This document shows positions 1 to 9,369 of a DNA stretch of 64,000 bases, in pieces. Positions within the stretch are counted from its first letter, which is position 1, and each line of letters begins with the position of its first letter. The DNA lies in the IMG/VR virus record IMGVR_UViG_3300029419_000277; one strand, given 5' to 3'. The notes under the pieces are model-generated. The model worked only from the letters and a program-made list of their open reading frames with translations. It made no database searches and was not told the origin of the DNA. This DNA is from a virus. Position numbers and translations under genes: made by a program.

Positions 1-46
1 CGACCTCAAAGTACATCAGAGCGTAAAATATTCACTTTTTTTCCTT

Positions 47-258
47 ATAAGTGATTAAGCTCACTTATTTCAGTTTGTAATGATTTTCAGTGATTATAAT
101 CACTTATTTTTACCAAATGATAGCATCACCCAAAACTCCGGGTGGCGTAAAAAGCTCACTTTTTCTAAGTGAACAAAATCACTTATTTCCAATAGCCATA
201 AGTGAGCTTAATCACTTATTTTTTACGTTCATAGGTGCAAAAGTGATTTTATTTACTT
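47..258. promoter_or_regulatory. Array of palindromic operator-like sites sharing the half-site TCACTTAT
   Basis: Read directly: ATAAGTGA-ttaagc-TCACTTAT at 47-68 and its exact reverse complement at 198-219; AGTGA-N6-TCACT at 89-104; TCACT-N6-AAGTGA at 156-172; extra half-sites at 179-186 and 241-258; AT-rich context at the window edge. Confidence 0.5.
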
Positions 259-377
259 GTTGAGTAGACTTGTCTGTATAGCTCCTGCCCACCCGGTCAC
301 CTTCCACCTTGCTGCCTTGCAAGCATCCTGGATTCTGACCCGATTGGCTGCCTTTTGCCGACTTCGCCACACACCCC

Positions 378-854
378 TCACAGCGCCCCACTGTCGCGTT
401 TAATTGGCGAGGCCGAGGAACTTTCCGCAGCGGACAATTCTTCGCCACACAGGGGCTTTGTGGGGCTTGGATTTTCGTCCAGAGCTTTCCCGTTTTCCAC
501 CAAAAACGGAATGTCCAGATCGAAACTCACAAGTTGCTGTCTGGGGACGCTTTTCCCCTCCAGACGATATGTATTGTTCCGGTTCCACCGCATGTCCCGG
601 TAGATCATCCGCACCAACGCCACGCACTTGATCTCGCAGCTGTTGCTCACAGTCAGCTTCGGTGTCTTATGAGCTCCTGCATCCTCAGCCGTACAGTTCT
701 GCACAGCTACCTGTTTTGCCTCTCGGTTGTACAGAAAGCGATAGTGGGTTGGCCAGCCTAATGCTTCCAACGTGCTGCGGAAGATTGTGATCCTTCCATC
801 CTCGACATTAAAAGTCAGACCCAGCATCCGCTGGTTCCATATTCTTTCGTTCAC
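378..854 (-). CDS. hypothetical protein (158 aa)
   Basis: Intact ORF; AGGAGG about 8 nt upstream of ATG at 854; no family recognised. Confidence 0.55.
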   Translation of the reverse strand: MNERIWNQRMLGLTFNVEDGRITIFRSTLEALGWPTHYRFLYNREAKQVAVQNCTAEDAGAHKTPKLTVSNSCEIKCVALVRMIYRDMRWNRNNTYRLEGKSVPRQQLVSFDLDIPFLVENGKALDENPSPTKPLCGEELSAAESSSASPIKRDSGAL

Positions 855-910
855 TACTCTCCCCTCCTTAAAAATGGGCGCACTTCCCCCTTGGAATCCT
901 GGTGGCCGTT

Positions 911-1603
911 TTAATCAAGCCCGGTGTCGGGGACGGTCTTACCCGTCAGCATCCCCACTGATACATAGCCATCCATTTGCTTAACTTCAGATTCTTTCAG
1001 ATGTTCTTCTACAGGTACGCCAAAAGTACCTGCAATATCATCTGGGTAAAATCCCTTTCTGGTATTTGCAGGCTTTGTCTCTTGCGCATTTTTCTGGTCT
1101 GTTTCATTTTTTCGCTTCTGGCCTTCATGGAAGATCTCCGGCACAAGCAGGTCAAAAACATACAGAGTTTCCCCTTCAAATGAAATTCTGTATCCAAGCA
1201 TCTTATACCGGCATTCGGTATCCCAGCCCATTTCCTTATACACCAGTTCTGAAAAAGGCTTGCAGGTCATCTTCCGGCTTTTACGTTTATCTGGCTTGGC
1301 GATGCACCAGCGCAGAGCGTCCTTGTCGTTTTCATCACAGCCGCGTACAACAATACGCTTCAAATCACTGTTGAACATGACGTGTACATAAACCACATCT
1401 TCCAGCCCGGTGATGCAGGCCGTGTTAAATGTGATGCTGTCCTTGCGGATCACGATCGCGGGGTCACGGAGATGTGCAAACAGCTCCTTCCGCACGACCT
1501 GGTATCCATCATAGGAAAATGTACTTTCTAATTCTTCCGCTCTTGCGTCTCTATCATTTTCTGCCTGCTCTTCCGGTGGCATGGCGTTCGTATTTTCATT
1601 CAT
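911..1603 (-). CDS. stand-alone paralog of the C-terminal domain of the adjacent large serine recombinase (230 aa)
   Basis: About 170 aa align by eye with the C-terminal region of the 1596..3428 product (GYQVVRKELFAHLRDPAIVI..FNTACI..EDVVYV vs GYEVVRAQYFATLQNPAMTI..FNTACL..EDVEYV; terminal YPDDIAGTFGVPV vs FPPEWAGTFGKPI). Start overlaps the upstream recombinase stop (1596-1603), suggesting one operon. Confidence 0.6.
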   Translation of the reverse strand: MNENTNAMPPEEQAENDRDARAEELESTFSYDGYQVVRKELFAHLRDPAIVIRKDSITFNTACITGLEDVVYVHVMFNSDLKRIVVRGCDENDKDALRWCIAKPDKRKSRKMTCKPFSELVYKEMGWDTECRYKMLGYRISFEGETLYVFDLLVPEIFHEGQKRKNETDQKNAQETKPANTRKGFYPDDIAGTFGVPVEEHLKESEVKQMDGYVSVGMLTGKTVPDTGLD

Positions 1604-3428
1604 CTGTGTCAGTCCATCCTTCCATTATTTTTTCCGCTTCATGGAGCAGAGCATTCAGGCCATCTGCGGTAAAAGTATTCATTTCTTCTATCTCTGCTGC
1701 CGGCCGGAGCACATCCCAGTTTCCTGCATAATGTTCCAGCTGCAAAATGCCAACCTGTGCAATACTTGTGATCGGTTTTCCAAAAGTACCTGCCCATTCT
1801 GGCGGGAAGATATAGATCGTCTGCTTGACGGTTTTTCCCTCTTCATCCTGTTCCTTGGATGGCAGGACAATTTCTTCCACCTTAACCATTTCCGGCTCAT
1901 CCAGTTCAAACAGCATCAGCTTGTCATCGTTCTGTCCCACGAGCTGCCCACGGAAACGGTATTTCAAACCTTCTTCCCATTCCATCATGTCAAAAAGGGC
2001 TTTTGCCAGACCGCGGCATCCGAGTGTACTGGCGCACCAGCGTCCCTCTTTCAGTCTGCCCCAGCGGATTGCGTTCGGATTATCCTTTTCGCATGGGCGA
2101 ATGGCAATGCAGCGGTCAACCGAATTCAGGAGCAGTTCTACATACTCCACATCTTCAAACTTTTTCAGGCAGGCTGTATTAAAACGCAACTTGCCATTGG
2201 AGATCGTCATAGCCGGATTCTGTAAAGTAGCAAAATACTGTGCCCGCACAACTTCATATCCGCTGAGGTCTAAACGGTTCATGACTTCTACCGTATCCTG
2301 CTGTTTTTCCCGCATGACGCTTTCAGATGCTTCCCGGTATTCTTCTGCCGAAAAGCCGGTCCAGTCCTTATCAAAAGGCACATATCCGCGTAAGATTCCA
2401 TCATCCACCACACTCAGGACTGGCAGTGGGCGATTTTTCTTTGTATAACTCCGGGATGCCCGCAGATGATTTGCCGCATTATAGACTTCCCTGGACACGA
2501 TTGCCTCATGATGATCTCTCTGCCGGTACTGCGTCCGGTCGTTATTGTTTTTCTTTGATTTATGCGTCAGGAAATTCGGTGTGAAGGTCTTCCTTGCCAA
2601 TACATCCCCACAATGGCGTTCATTAGCAATGACACCTGCAAGAGTGCCGGGATTCCACTCCGTATTCCCCAGTTTTGTCTTCCGGCCATATTCTGTCAGG
2701 AGTTCTGCAATCTCGGTGAATGAAAATCCATTCAGGTACAGATAGTAAATCACCTTTACCGTCTGTGCTTCGTCCTGATTCACCACAAGGCTGCCATCCT
2801 CGTCCTGGTCATATCCGAGCAGGGCCGGCGTAAGGAACAGTCCACGGCTGAACCTGCGGTCAATGGACCAGTTCATAATGATAGACTTGGAATGAGATTC
2901 TTCCTCTGCCACGGATGCCAAAATCGTCAGGATCATGCGCCCGTTACTGTCCAGTGTGTAGATGTTGTCCGCTTCAAATTTTACACCCACGGGCGGGTCA
3001 AGATTTTTCAGTGTTTCAATGACGGAAAGGCAGTCTACAATGTTTCTGGCGAATCGGGCGATGGACTTTGTGAGGATCAGGTCAATCTTTCCGGCCTTAC
3101 AGTCCTCGATCAGCTGTTGCATTCCTTTACGATGCTCCAATGATGTACCGCTGATGCCTTCATCATCATAGATTCCAACGAATTCCCATCCCGGCTGTGC
3201 CTTGATATAATCCGTGTAATAATTTTTCTGAAGTTCATACGAAGAAGTCTGTTCATCATTATCAGTGGAAACACGGACATATGCGGCAACACGACGGATA
3301 GAGGTGCTTTCTCCAAGCCCCTCCACAGTTTTTGCCGGGATAACTTCCAACTCAGAAGTATCCACGCCTTTATATCTGTCTCTGATTCTCTGCTTGCGGT
3401 CTGCCGCCTCTGCTCCACTGCTTATCAT
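1596..3428 (-). CDS. large serine recombinase (integrase) 1
   Basis: Resolvase/invertase-type N-terminal catalytic domain (RVAAYVRVSTDNDEQ...SYELQ, ...LILTKSIARFARN) followed by a long recombinase and zinc-ribbon-type C-terminal region; 610 aa. Confidence 0.9.
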   Translation of the reverse strand: MISSGAEAADRKQRIRDRYKGVDTSELEVIPAKTVEGLGESTSIRRVAAYVRVSTDNDEQTSSYELQKNYYTDYIKAQPGWEFVGIYDDEGISGTSLEHRKGMQQLIEDCKAGKIDLILTKSIARFARNIVDCLSVIETLKNLDPPVGVKFEADNIYTLDSNGRMILTILASVAEEESHSKSIIMNWSIDRRFSRGLFLTPALLGYDQDEDGSLVVNQDEAQTVKVIYYLYLNGFSFTEIAELLTEYGRKTKLGNTEWNPGTLAGVIANERHCGDVLARKTFTPNFLTHKSKKNNNDRTQYRQRDHHEAIVSREVYNAANHLRASRSYTKKNRPLPVLSVVDDGILRGYVPFDKDWTGFSAEEYREASESVMREKQQDTVEVMNRLDLSGYEVVRAQYFATLQNPAMTISNGKLRFNTACLKKFEDVEYVELLLNSVDRCIAIRPCEKDNPNAIRWGRLKEGRWCASTLGCRGLAKALFDMMEWEEGLKYRFRGQLVGQNDDKLMLFELDEPEMVKVEEIVLPSKEQDEEGKTVKQTIYIFPPEWAGTFGKPITSIAQVGILQLEHYAGNWDVLRPAAEIEEMNTFTADGLNALLHEAEKIMEGWTDTDE

Positions 3429-3438
3429 TTGCTTCCTC

Positions 3439-4419
3439 TCATTCCTCCGGCTTCATGCTCCAGTACCACTGTCGCATCTTCCGATAACTCCGGATGCCGA
3501 GTTCTTTCTTTGTATTTTCTGCTGTCCTGCGGCTGATACCTTCATCGCTCATCCGCATATAGATTTCTCTGGATCTCATGTCACCCCCGGAAAGCAGCTT
3601 CTTGATCAGATACGCCGCCTTCTCAGATTTTGACTCAAAAACTGGTGTTTCCGGCTCCGCTGATGGATCTGGCTTAATTTCACACTCCAGCCATTTGAAG
3701 CCCTGCTCCGCTGTTATCGAGAATTTGATTTCACCATCTGACGGAGCCAGACTGTTTTTTATCTGCCGCACAATGCGGATATCTGACTTTTCCGCATCCC
3801 GTTCTACTTGTAGAACGCTCCGGGCAGCGGCAACAACATCGATGCTGCCAAGGCTCCGGTAAAGACCCTTTGTTCCCTCTTTTTTATTAAGGTGTCCGAT
3901 CAGCACAATGGCACAGTCATACATAGATGCCCACATGCCAAGACGCTGCATCAGCCTTCTGGCTCTTCCTGCAATCTGGAGGTCGGAATCACTTCCAAGA
4001 TATGCCTGGATCGGATCGATAACTACCAGCCGCGGCCGGAATTCTATAATAGCCTGCCGGATGCGCTCATCATCCAGTGTCAAGCCACTGTATGTTTCTT
4101 CATTTATGAAGGCCACATTTCTGCAATCTGCCCCACATTTTTCAAGCCGAGGCTTAATGGTATCTGAAATGCCATCTTCTGAGCACTGGTAAATAGCCCT
4201 TTGCGGCATTCCGATGGTTTTACCATCTGGCAAGGTTCCTCCCTTAGACAGCTCGGCTATCAGGTGCATCATCATTGTGGATTTGCCATCACCGGGGTCA
4301 CCTTGCAGCAATGTGATCTTTCCAACTGCTATGAATGGATACCACAGCCAACGAACAGAAGTCGCCTGTACATCACTGTATAATGTAAGAATTCCTTTTT
4401 CTTCTTTGTTCGTCATCAT
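3439..4419 (-). CDS. RecA-like/AAA family P-loop ATPase with C-terminal HTH-like tail
   Basis: Walker A GDPGDGKST and Walker B-like LVVIDPIQ motifs; 326 aa. Family-level assignment only. Confidence 0.65.
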   Translation of the reverse strand: MMTNKEEKGILTLYSDVQATSVRWLWYPFIAVGKITLLQGDPGDGKSTMMMHLIAELSKGGTLPDGKTIGMPQRAIYQCSEDGISDTIKPRLEKCGADCRNVAFINEETYSGLTLDDERIRQAIIEFRPRLVVIDPIQAYLGSDSDLQIAGRARRLMQRLGMWASMYDCAIVLIGHLNKKEGTKGLYRSLGSIDVVAAARSVLQVERDAEKSDIRIVRQIKNSLAPSDGEIKFSITAEQGFKWLECEIKPDPSAEPETPVFESKSEKAAYLIKKLLSGGDMRSREIYMRMSDEGISRRTAENTKKELGIRSYRKMRQWYWSMKPEE

Positions 4420-4481
4420 CGTCCCTTTCTGTGTGCAGTCTTTTCTACATTTATATTATAGAGTATGTGTGGTGTTTTGAC

Positions 4482-4531
4482 TGCCACCCATCAGGTGGCA
4501 CATCATCGTTTTTGCCACCCAACAGGTGGCA
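4482..4531. promoter_or_regulatory. Two palindromic operators TGCCACC-N5-GGTGGCA in the divergent region between the AAA ATPase and XRE genes
   Basis: tgccacccatcaggtggca at 4482-4500 and tgccacccaacaggtggca at 4513-4531, read directly. Confidence 0.5.
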
Positions 4532-4599
4532 AAACAGCCTTAGACCACATAACAGATAGAGGTGTAGACCTTTGCGGCCTTAGAATTCCTGTAATCAAG

Positions 4600-4628
4600 T
4601 TGCTATGTATTTTTCTCTGCGGGATAAT
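4600..4628 (+). promoter_or_regulatory. sigma70-type promoter for the XRE gene (TTGCTA-17-GATAAT)
   Basis: -35 TTGCTA at 4600-4605, 17-nt spacer, -10 GATAAT at 4623-4628; AAGGAGG RBS then ATG at 4669. Confidence 0.5.
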
Positions 4629-4668
4629 CGTAACAGCCTTATGCGGGTACACATAAGGAGGAACATAC

Positions 4669-5010
4669 ATGGCATTAGATTATACTGCACTTGGAAAGCG
4701 TATCAGCACTTTCCGTAACGCATCCGGATTAACTCAGGAACAATTTTGCGAAAAATTGAATGTATCTCGCAAACACATCAGTCAGATTGAAGCGGCAATC
4801 AGCCGCCCCAGCCTTGAAACTCTGGTCGACATTGCTAATATTCTTAACATCTCAGCAGATGATCTTCTTGTAGACAGTTTGGCGCACTCCGCGTCCACTG
4901 CCGATTCCGAGATCCACCGTCTGCTTTTAGACTGTAATGCAATTGAGCAGGAGATTCTCACCCGGATGGTAAAGGAGATGAAAGCAATTTTATACGGCTT
5001 AGGAGTTTGA
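4669..5010 (+). CDS. XRE-family helix-turn-helix transcriptional regulator
   Basis: HTH_XRE signature LGKRISTFRNASGLTQEQFCEKLNVSRKHISQIE; 113 aa; strong RBS. Confidence 0.85.
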   Translation: MALDYTALGKRISTFRNASGLTQEQFCEKLNVSRKHISQIEAAISRPSLETLVDIANILNISADDLLVDSLAHSASTADSEIHRLLLDCNAIEQEILTRMVKEMKAILYGLGV

Positions 5011-5110
5011 TTTTATAACTTGTTGATCATATAACAAAAAAGCCCGCATAAGCCACAACTGCACTTTGGAACACACCGAAGTGCTGTCTGTGGTTTATGC
5101 GGGTAAGGAC

Positions 5111-5179
5111 AAAAAAAGAAGCCCACCAGCGGACCATGTAGGAATCTACACAGTGCGCCAGTGGGCTGGTATGTTTTAT
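5111..5179. terminator. bidirectional stem-loop between the convergent XRE and DUF4351-like genes
   Basis: GCCCAC...GTGGGC stem (5121-5166) flanked by an A-run on the left (5111-5118, a U-run for minus-strand RNA) and a T-run on the right (5172-5178). A second long imperfect stem lies at 5043-5103. Confidence 0.45.
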
Positions 5180-5373
5180 ACTGCTTCTGCTGGAATTTGG
5201 TTCATCTTCTCTTTAAATTCTTCCACAGTCATGTTCAAGTCCTCAGCAGCTTCTTCAAGGGTAATCTTGCCCTTTTTATAATACTTTACTGTCGTTCTAA
5301 GGTCGCCAATGTCGATGCCCTCAAGAATACTCTCATTTCTTAAATCTTCCATCTGCTTGCACACTTCGCTCAC
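5176..5373 (-). CDS. small protein resembling the C-terminal (DUF4351-like) tail of Rpn-family proteins
   Basis: 65 aa; KITLEEAAEDLNMTVEEFKEKM resembles GKLTYEEIAQATKLTVDEVKEL at the C-terminus of the adjacent 5467..6273 product. Confidence 0.5.
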   Translation of the reverse strand: MSEVCKQMEDLRNESILEGIDIGDLRTTVKYYKKGKITLEEAAEDLNMTVEEFKEKMNQIPAEAV

Positions 5374-5466
5374 TCTTTCAGTTTTTTAGACATCTGGTTT
5401 TCTCTGCCATCAATGGAAAAAGCATATCAATAGTTACACACTGCACCGGTAGGCGATGAGTTTCAA

Positions 5467-6273
5467 TTATGCACTTCTTCTCTCATCTAGTTCTTTTACC
5501 TCATCAACTGTGAGTTTCGTAGCTTGCGCTATTTCCTCATAAGTTAGCTTTCCAATCAACAGCAAGCTACGGGCTGTTTCCAGAGAGTTTTCTCTTGCAG
5601 CTTCATTTCTCATGTCTTCCATAACCTTGCACATAACCGCCACTCCTTTCTCATCTTCTTTGAAGTACTGTACTCGATTAGCTAATACTTCATAATACAT
5701 ATCTTTTGCACTTGTACAAGAAAAGTCATGCATCAGTTTTCCAAGTGCCGTTTCATTTTTGATTTGAGAGTTCACATATATAATATGCGATTCGTCACCA
5801 AATGATTCTCCTGTTTCTTTAATCATACGGTCAATATGATATATCGGAAGTCCTCTTTTAAGAACATCATTCTCTGTGATGAAAATCACATAAGTTTCAT
5901 TCAGGTATTCATACTGCTCGCCTGGTTCAGTAACATTCGCATCGATTATACCGCTGTTATACCTAGCTCGCTTAACACCAGCACCTTTATCATTTCGCTG
6001 AATTTCAATATTGTATACACGGTTTTCCCTATCCACTGCAAGAATATCCAACCGCACAGATTTTCCCTGTAAATTTTTAACGCTATACTGGCTATTGGAT
6101 TTTTTCACTTTCAGATCGTCTCGATTCAGAATAATCTGCAACAAAAATTCTGCACACTTTATATCTTCAAAGACTTTGCTCATGAAATCATCATCCAAAA
6201 GCCTAAAACCTCGCAATCTTTGAAGATCTTCTTCATGCTTTCGCTCGAAATCCAAATCTCTACACTTATTCAT
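5467..6273 (-). CDS. Rpn/YhgA-like (transposase_31 / PD-(D/E)XK) recombination-promoting nuclease family protein
   Basis: 268 aa; overall architecture and C-terminal DUF4351-like segment typical of the Rpn family; recognised by eye, not searched. Confidence 0.65.
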   Translation of the reverse strand: MNKCRDLDFERKHEEDLQRLRGFRLLDDDFMSKVFEDIKCAEFLLQIILNRDDLKVKKSNSQYSVKNLQGKSVRLDILAVDRENRVYNIEIQRNDKGAGVKRARYNSGIIDANVTEPGEQYEYLNETYVIFITENDVLKRGLPIYHIDRMIKETGESFGDESHIIYVNSQIKNETALGKLMHDFSCTSAKDMYYEVLANRVQYFKEDEKGVAVMCKVMEDMRNEAARENSLETARSLLLIGKLTYEEIAQATKLTVDEVKELDERRSA

Positions 6274-6422
6274 CGGATATCACCCTCTTTCAGGTTGTGA
6301 AGAATAAATCTCCCCATCAATATCTTACCATCAAAGCACGCTTATTTCAAGCGGTCATGCTCTTCTAAAAAAATAATCAACCCCATCAACGCCTTGGAAA
6401 TGATCACCTGTAAATTTTTTCA

Positions 6423-6827
6423 TTAATATTCACGCCGATGCAAACTCCTATATACATCCTCGATAAAACTCATGAACTCCACGCTGGCACACTTGATCAG
6501 ACATTTTCCATCCACGGCTTTCAGCTTTTCCATAACCATTTCTGCCAATGCATCCCCACGCCCTCTCATCTTCTGAGCAGCAAACACCACAGACTCATCG
6601 ATGAACGTAGCGTACTTTGCACCATCAATATTGCTTTGTACCGGCACGCCTTCGCCACTGTCAAGCCGGATCACTTTTGGCTCATACACAGACCTCACCT
6701 TTCTCAGTGCCTCTGCCGGCTCCATGCTCTGAAGATATAATTTCATAGCACCGGCCGCCACAATCTCATCAGCTGTTGCACCATATTTCTCTGCCAGCAT
6801 CCCAGCTACATCTTTCATTCCAAACAC
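6423..6827 (-). CDS. hypothetical protein (134 aa)
   Basis: Intact ORF in the accessory islet between recombinases; no family recognised. Confidence 0.55.
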   Translation of the reverse strand: MFGMKDVAGMLAEKYGATADEIVAAGAMKLYLQSMEPAEALRKVRSVYEPKVIRLDSGEGVPVQSNIDGAKYATFIDESVVFAAQKMRGRGDALAEMVMEKLKAVDGKCLIKCASVEFMSFIEDVYRSLHRREY

Positions 6828-6968
6828 TCCTCGCTATGTGTATTTTCTGTCGTATGTGTATTTCTCGCCACCCACAACATATAACAAGATTCTGCACATA
6901 GCAATCCTTACGGGTAAAAAAGGCCAGACAAAAAAAGCAGGCAAAATAGCAGCACAATAAAACCTTAA

Positions 6969-7019
6969 AAAACAAAAAAACCCTGCCAGATGCAGCCACA
7001 AAAGCCACACCCGGCAGGG
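6969..7019 (-). terminator. rho-independent terminator downstream of recombinase 2
   Basis: Minus-strand RNA forms CCCTGCC...GGCAGGG stem (plus 6981-6987 / 7013-7019) followed by UUUUUUUGUUUUUU (plus 6969-6980). Confidence 0.6.
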
Positions 7020-7034
7020 TCCTGTCTCCTTTCA

Positions 7035-9335
7035 TCACACCGCTTCTTCCCTCTCGCGCTTCGCTGCAGTTGTCAGGTATCTGCGGTACTGAATGCTGAA
7101 TCCGTACACCTTATAAGGAGCATCCACATAGACCACATTGCCGTCCATGTCACTCCGCTTATAACCCATGAAGCTGTCGAGCGTTCTGCGGTTGCCTTTT
7201 GAGGTCAGTGTCACACCGAAGTTTGTCTTATAGGTTGCCACATCCCCCTGCAGTACCCCGCTCTCAACAAAAGCACAGTAGATGCCTTTTTCAAAGTGAA
7301 GCATATCTGGTGCTTCTGCGATCCGCTCAGGAGTCAGCTTGAGCTTTCCGCTGGTGATGGCACGTTTCCGGCCTTCGATGGCATTTCCGTCCACATCCCG
7401 AAGCAGGGTTCCCTGTACATCCAGACCGTTGACTCTCAGCGGCATTCCGCCTGCATTGGTATCCGGCAGTTCTTTCAGGCAGGCAAGGAAGTATTCAAAG
7501 TTCTTTTTCATGATCGCCAGCACACCCTGTTCCTCCTCGATCGTCTGCCGTTCCTGTTGGAGTGTTTTCAGCCGTTCCTGCAGGTCGTTCACAAGTTCTG
7601 TATAAATCTGGGCTTCCGAGCCTTCCTCCGTTTCCGTCCCATAGAAGCTCACTCCGATGCTTCCCGGTGTCAGTCCGCTCCGGATGTCCAGGTCGATGTC
7701 GTCAATGGTCACTTCCCCGTTGGAAAGGGCTTCATTCAGTTCCACGTTCTGTTCCAGTGCAGCTTCCCGAAGCGCCGCCACCTGATGGCTGATGGCATCC
7801 TGCAGGCGTTCTTCCATCTCCTTGATCTGATTTTCCACCGTTGCCATCCTCTGCACCGAGATGCTGTTGTTATTCGCCAGCCGGACAGCCTGCTCATAGG
7901 CGTTGTCAAACATCGTCACGATCATGGAGGCATCACCGTGCTGTTCAAAGTCACGCTTCATGCTGTAGAGCAGTTCCATGAAACTCTGCTCCAGCGCACA
8001 CTCATGGTAGCGTTCTGAGGGGCAGCGCTTGTTTGCCGCTTCCTTTTCCTCATCCGACATGCAGCCTTTCTTGCTCCGGCAATACGCCTTCTGGTCGGGA
8101 GAACCGTTCTTCGGCGGCTCACCGTCCCGCTCCCCGACCTTACGCTTGCACCGCCAAACGGGATACGAATAGGTGTATTTTTCCAGATACTCTCCGGTAT
8201 CCTCACCAGTCGCCTTAAGACTCCGCTCATCGCTGTAACCATTTGCCACACCCGTGTAGGTTGTACGGAAGAATCCCTCCCCGCAGGGCTTTCCGGTATC
8301 CGGCCCATTCTCCAGGATCGCACCACAGCGCAGGTTTCCAAACGGAGAACCCTTAATGCTCTTTACCTTTTTCTTGCCGGGGCCTTTCGTCATATCTGCC
8401 CTCGGCTTCTCGAACAGCATGGTCTGCACTTTATCCCAAGTCACGCGGTCGATGATGCCCACATGATGGTTCTTCACATAGTACCGGGGTGCTTCGCCCT
8501 TGTTGATGCTGGAACGGTGGGTAAGGAAGTCTTTGGTAATGGTCTTCTGCATCTCGATGTCGCCCACATACTTCTCATTCCGCAGGACGATCAGGATCGA
8601 GCTGGCACTCCACTTCTTCCCGTTGACCGTAAATTTTTCCATCTGGTTCAGCTCCTGAGCGATCTTATTCGCCGTCTGGCCTTTCACGAAACGGTCAAAA
8701 ATGTAGCGGATGATCTCTGCCTGCTCCGGCACGATGACCCACTGCTTATTTTCCCCAAGCTCATATCCCAGCATCCGTTTCAGATTGATATGCGGGACAC
8801 CAGACTGGAACTTCTTCTGGATGCTCCATCGGATGTTATCGGAAATGGAACGGCTCTCATCCTGTGCCAGTGCAGAAAGGATCGTCAGGATCAGCTCACC
8901 TTTGGCGTCCAGCGTGTCGATGTTTTCTTTCTCGAAATAGATACCCACTGGCGGCTTCAGCTGCCGAAGCTCACGGGTACAGGTCAGGGAGTCAATGGTG
9001 TTTCGTGCGAATCGGGAAATGGACTTTGTAACGATGTAGTCCAGCTTTCCATTCATCGCATCTTTTATCATGCGGTTGAATTCTTCTCGATGTTCCCGGT
9101 TGGTACCAGATTTTGCTTCATCCGCGTAGATGCCGGCAAAGATCCAGCCGGGCTTCCGGGTGATGAGGTCTTTGTAGAATGCTTTCTGTGTCGTGTAGGA
9201 AGTCTGCTGACTCTCATCGCCGGTGGAAACACGGCAGTAAGCCGCCACACGGATGTTGGTCTGGCTTTTCAGCTGCCCGCCGTTCTGTACCGAGCGCACA
9301 CTGGCGGGGATCACATCCACTTTTTGTCTTGTCAT
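7035..9335 (-). CDS. large serine recombinase (integrase) 2
   Basis: 766 aa; N-terminal catalytic domain IRVAAYCRVSTGDESQ...SYTTQ, LDYIVTKSISRFARN; long C-terminal domain with coiled-coil and Cys-rich zinc-ribbon region. Confidence 0.9.
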   Translation of the reverse strand: MTRQKVDVIPASVRSVQNGGQLKSQTNIRVAAYCRVSTGDESQQTSYTTQKAFYKDLITRKPGWIFAGIYADEAKSGTNREHREEFNRMIKDAMNGKLDYIVTKSISRFARNTIDSLTCTRELRQLKPPVGIYFEKENIDTLDAKGELILTILSALAQDESRSISDNIRWSIQKKFQSGVPHINLKRMLGYELGENKQWVIVPEQAEIIRYIFDRFVKGQTANKIAQELNQMEKFTVNGKKWSASSILIVLRNEKYVGDIEMQKTITKDFLTHRSSINKGEAPRYYVKNHHVGIIDRVTWDKVQTMLFEKPRADMTKGPGKKKVKSIKGSPFGNLRCGAILENGPDTGKPCGEGFFRTTYTGVANGYSDERSLKATGEDTGEYLEKYTYSYPVWRCKRKVGERDGEPPKNGSPDQKAYCRSKKGCMSDEEKEAANKRCPSERYHECALEQSFMELLYSMKRDFEQHGDASMIVTMFDNAYEQAVRLANNNSISVQRMATVENQIKEMEERLQDAISHQVAALREAALEQNVELNEALSNGEVTIDDIDLDIRSGLTPGSIGVSFYGTETEEGSEAQIYTELVNDLQERLKTLQQERQTIEEEQGVLAIMKKNFEYFLACLKELPDTNAGGMPLRVNGLDVQGTLLRDVDGNAIEGRKRAITSGKLKLTPERIAEAPDMLHFEKGIYCAFVESGVLQGDVATYKTNFGVTLTSKGNRRTLDSFMGYKRSDMDGNVVYVDAPYKVYGFSIQYRRYLTTAAKREREEAV

Positions 9336-9369
9336 AATCTGCTCCTTTCTTCCAGCCTTGCAACTGGTC

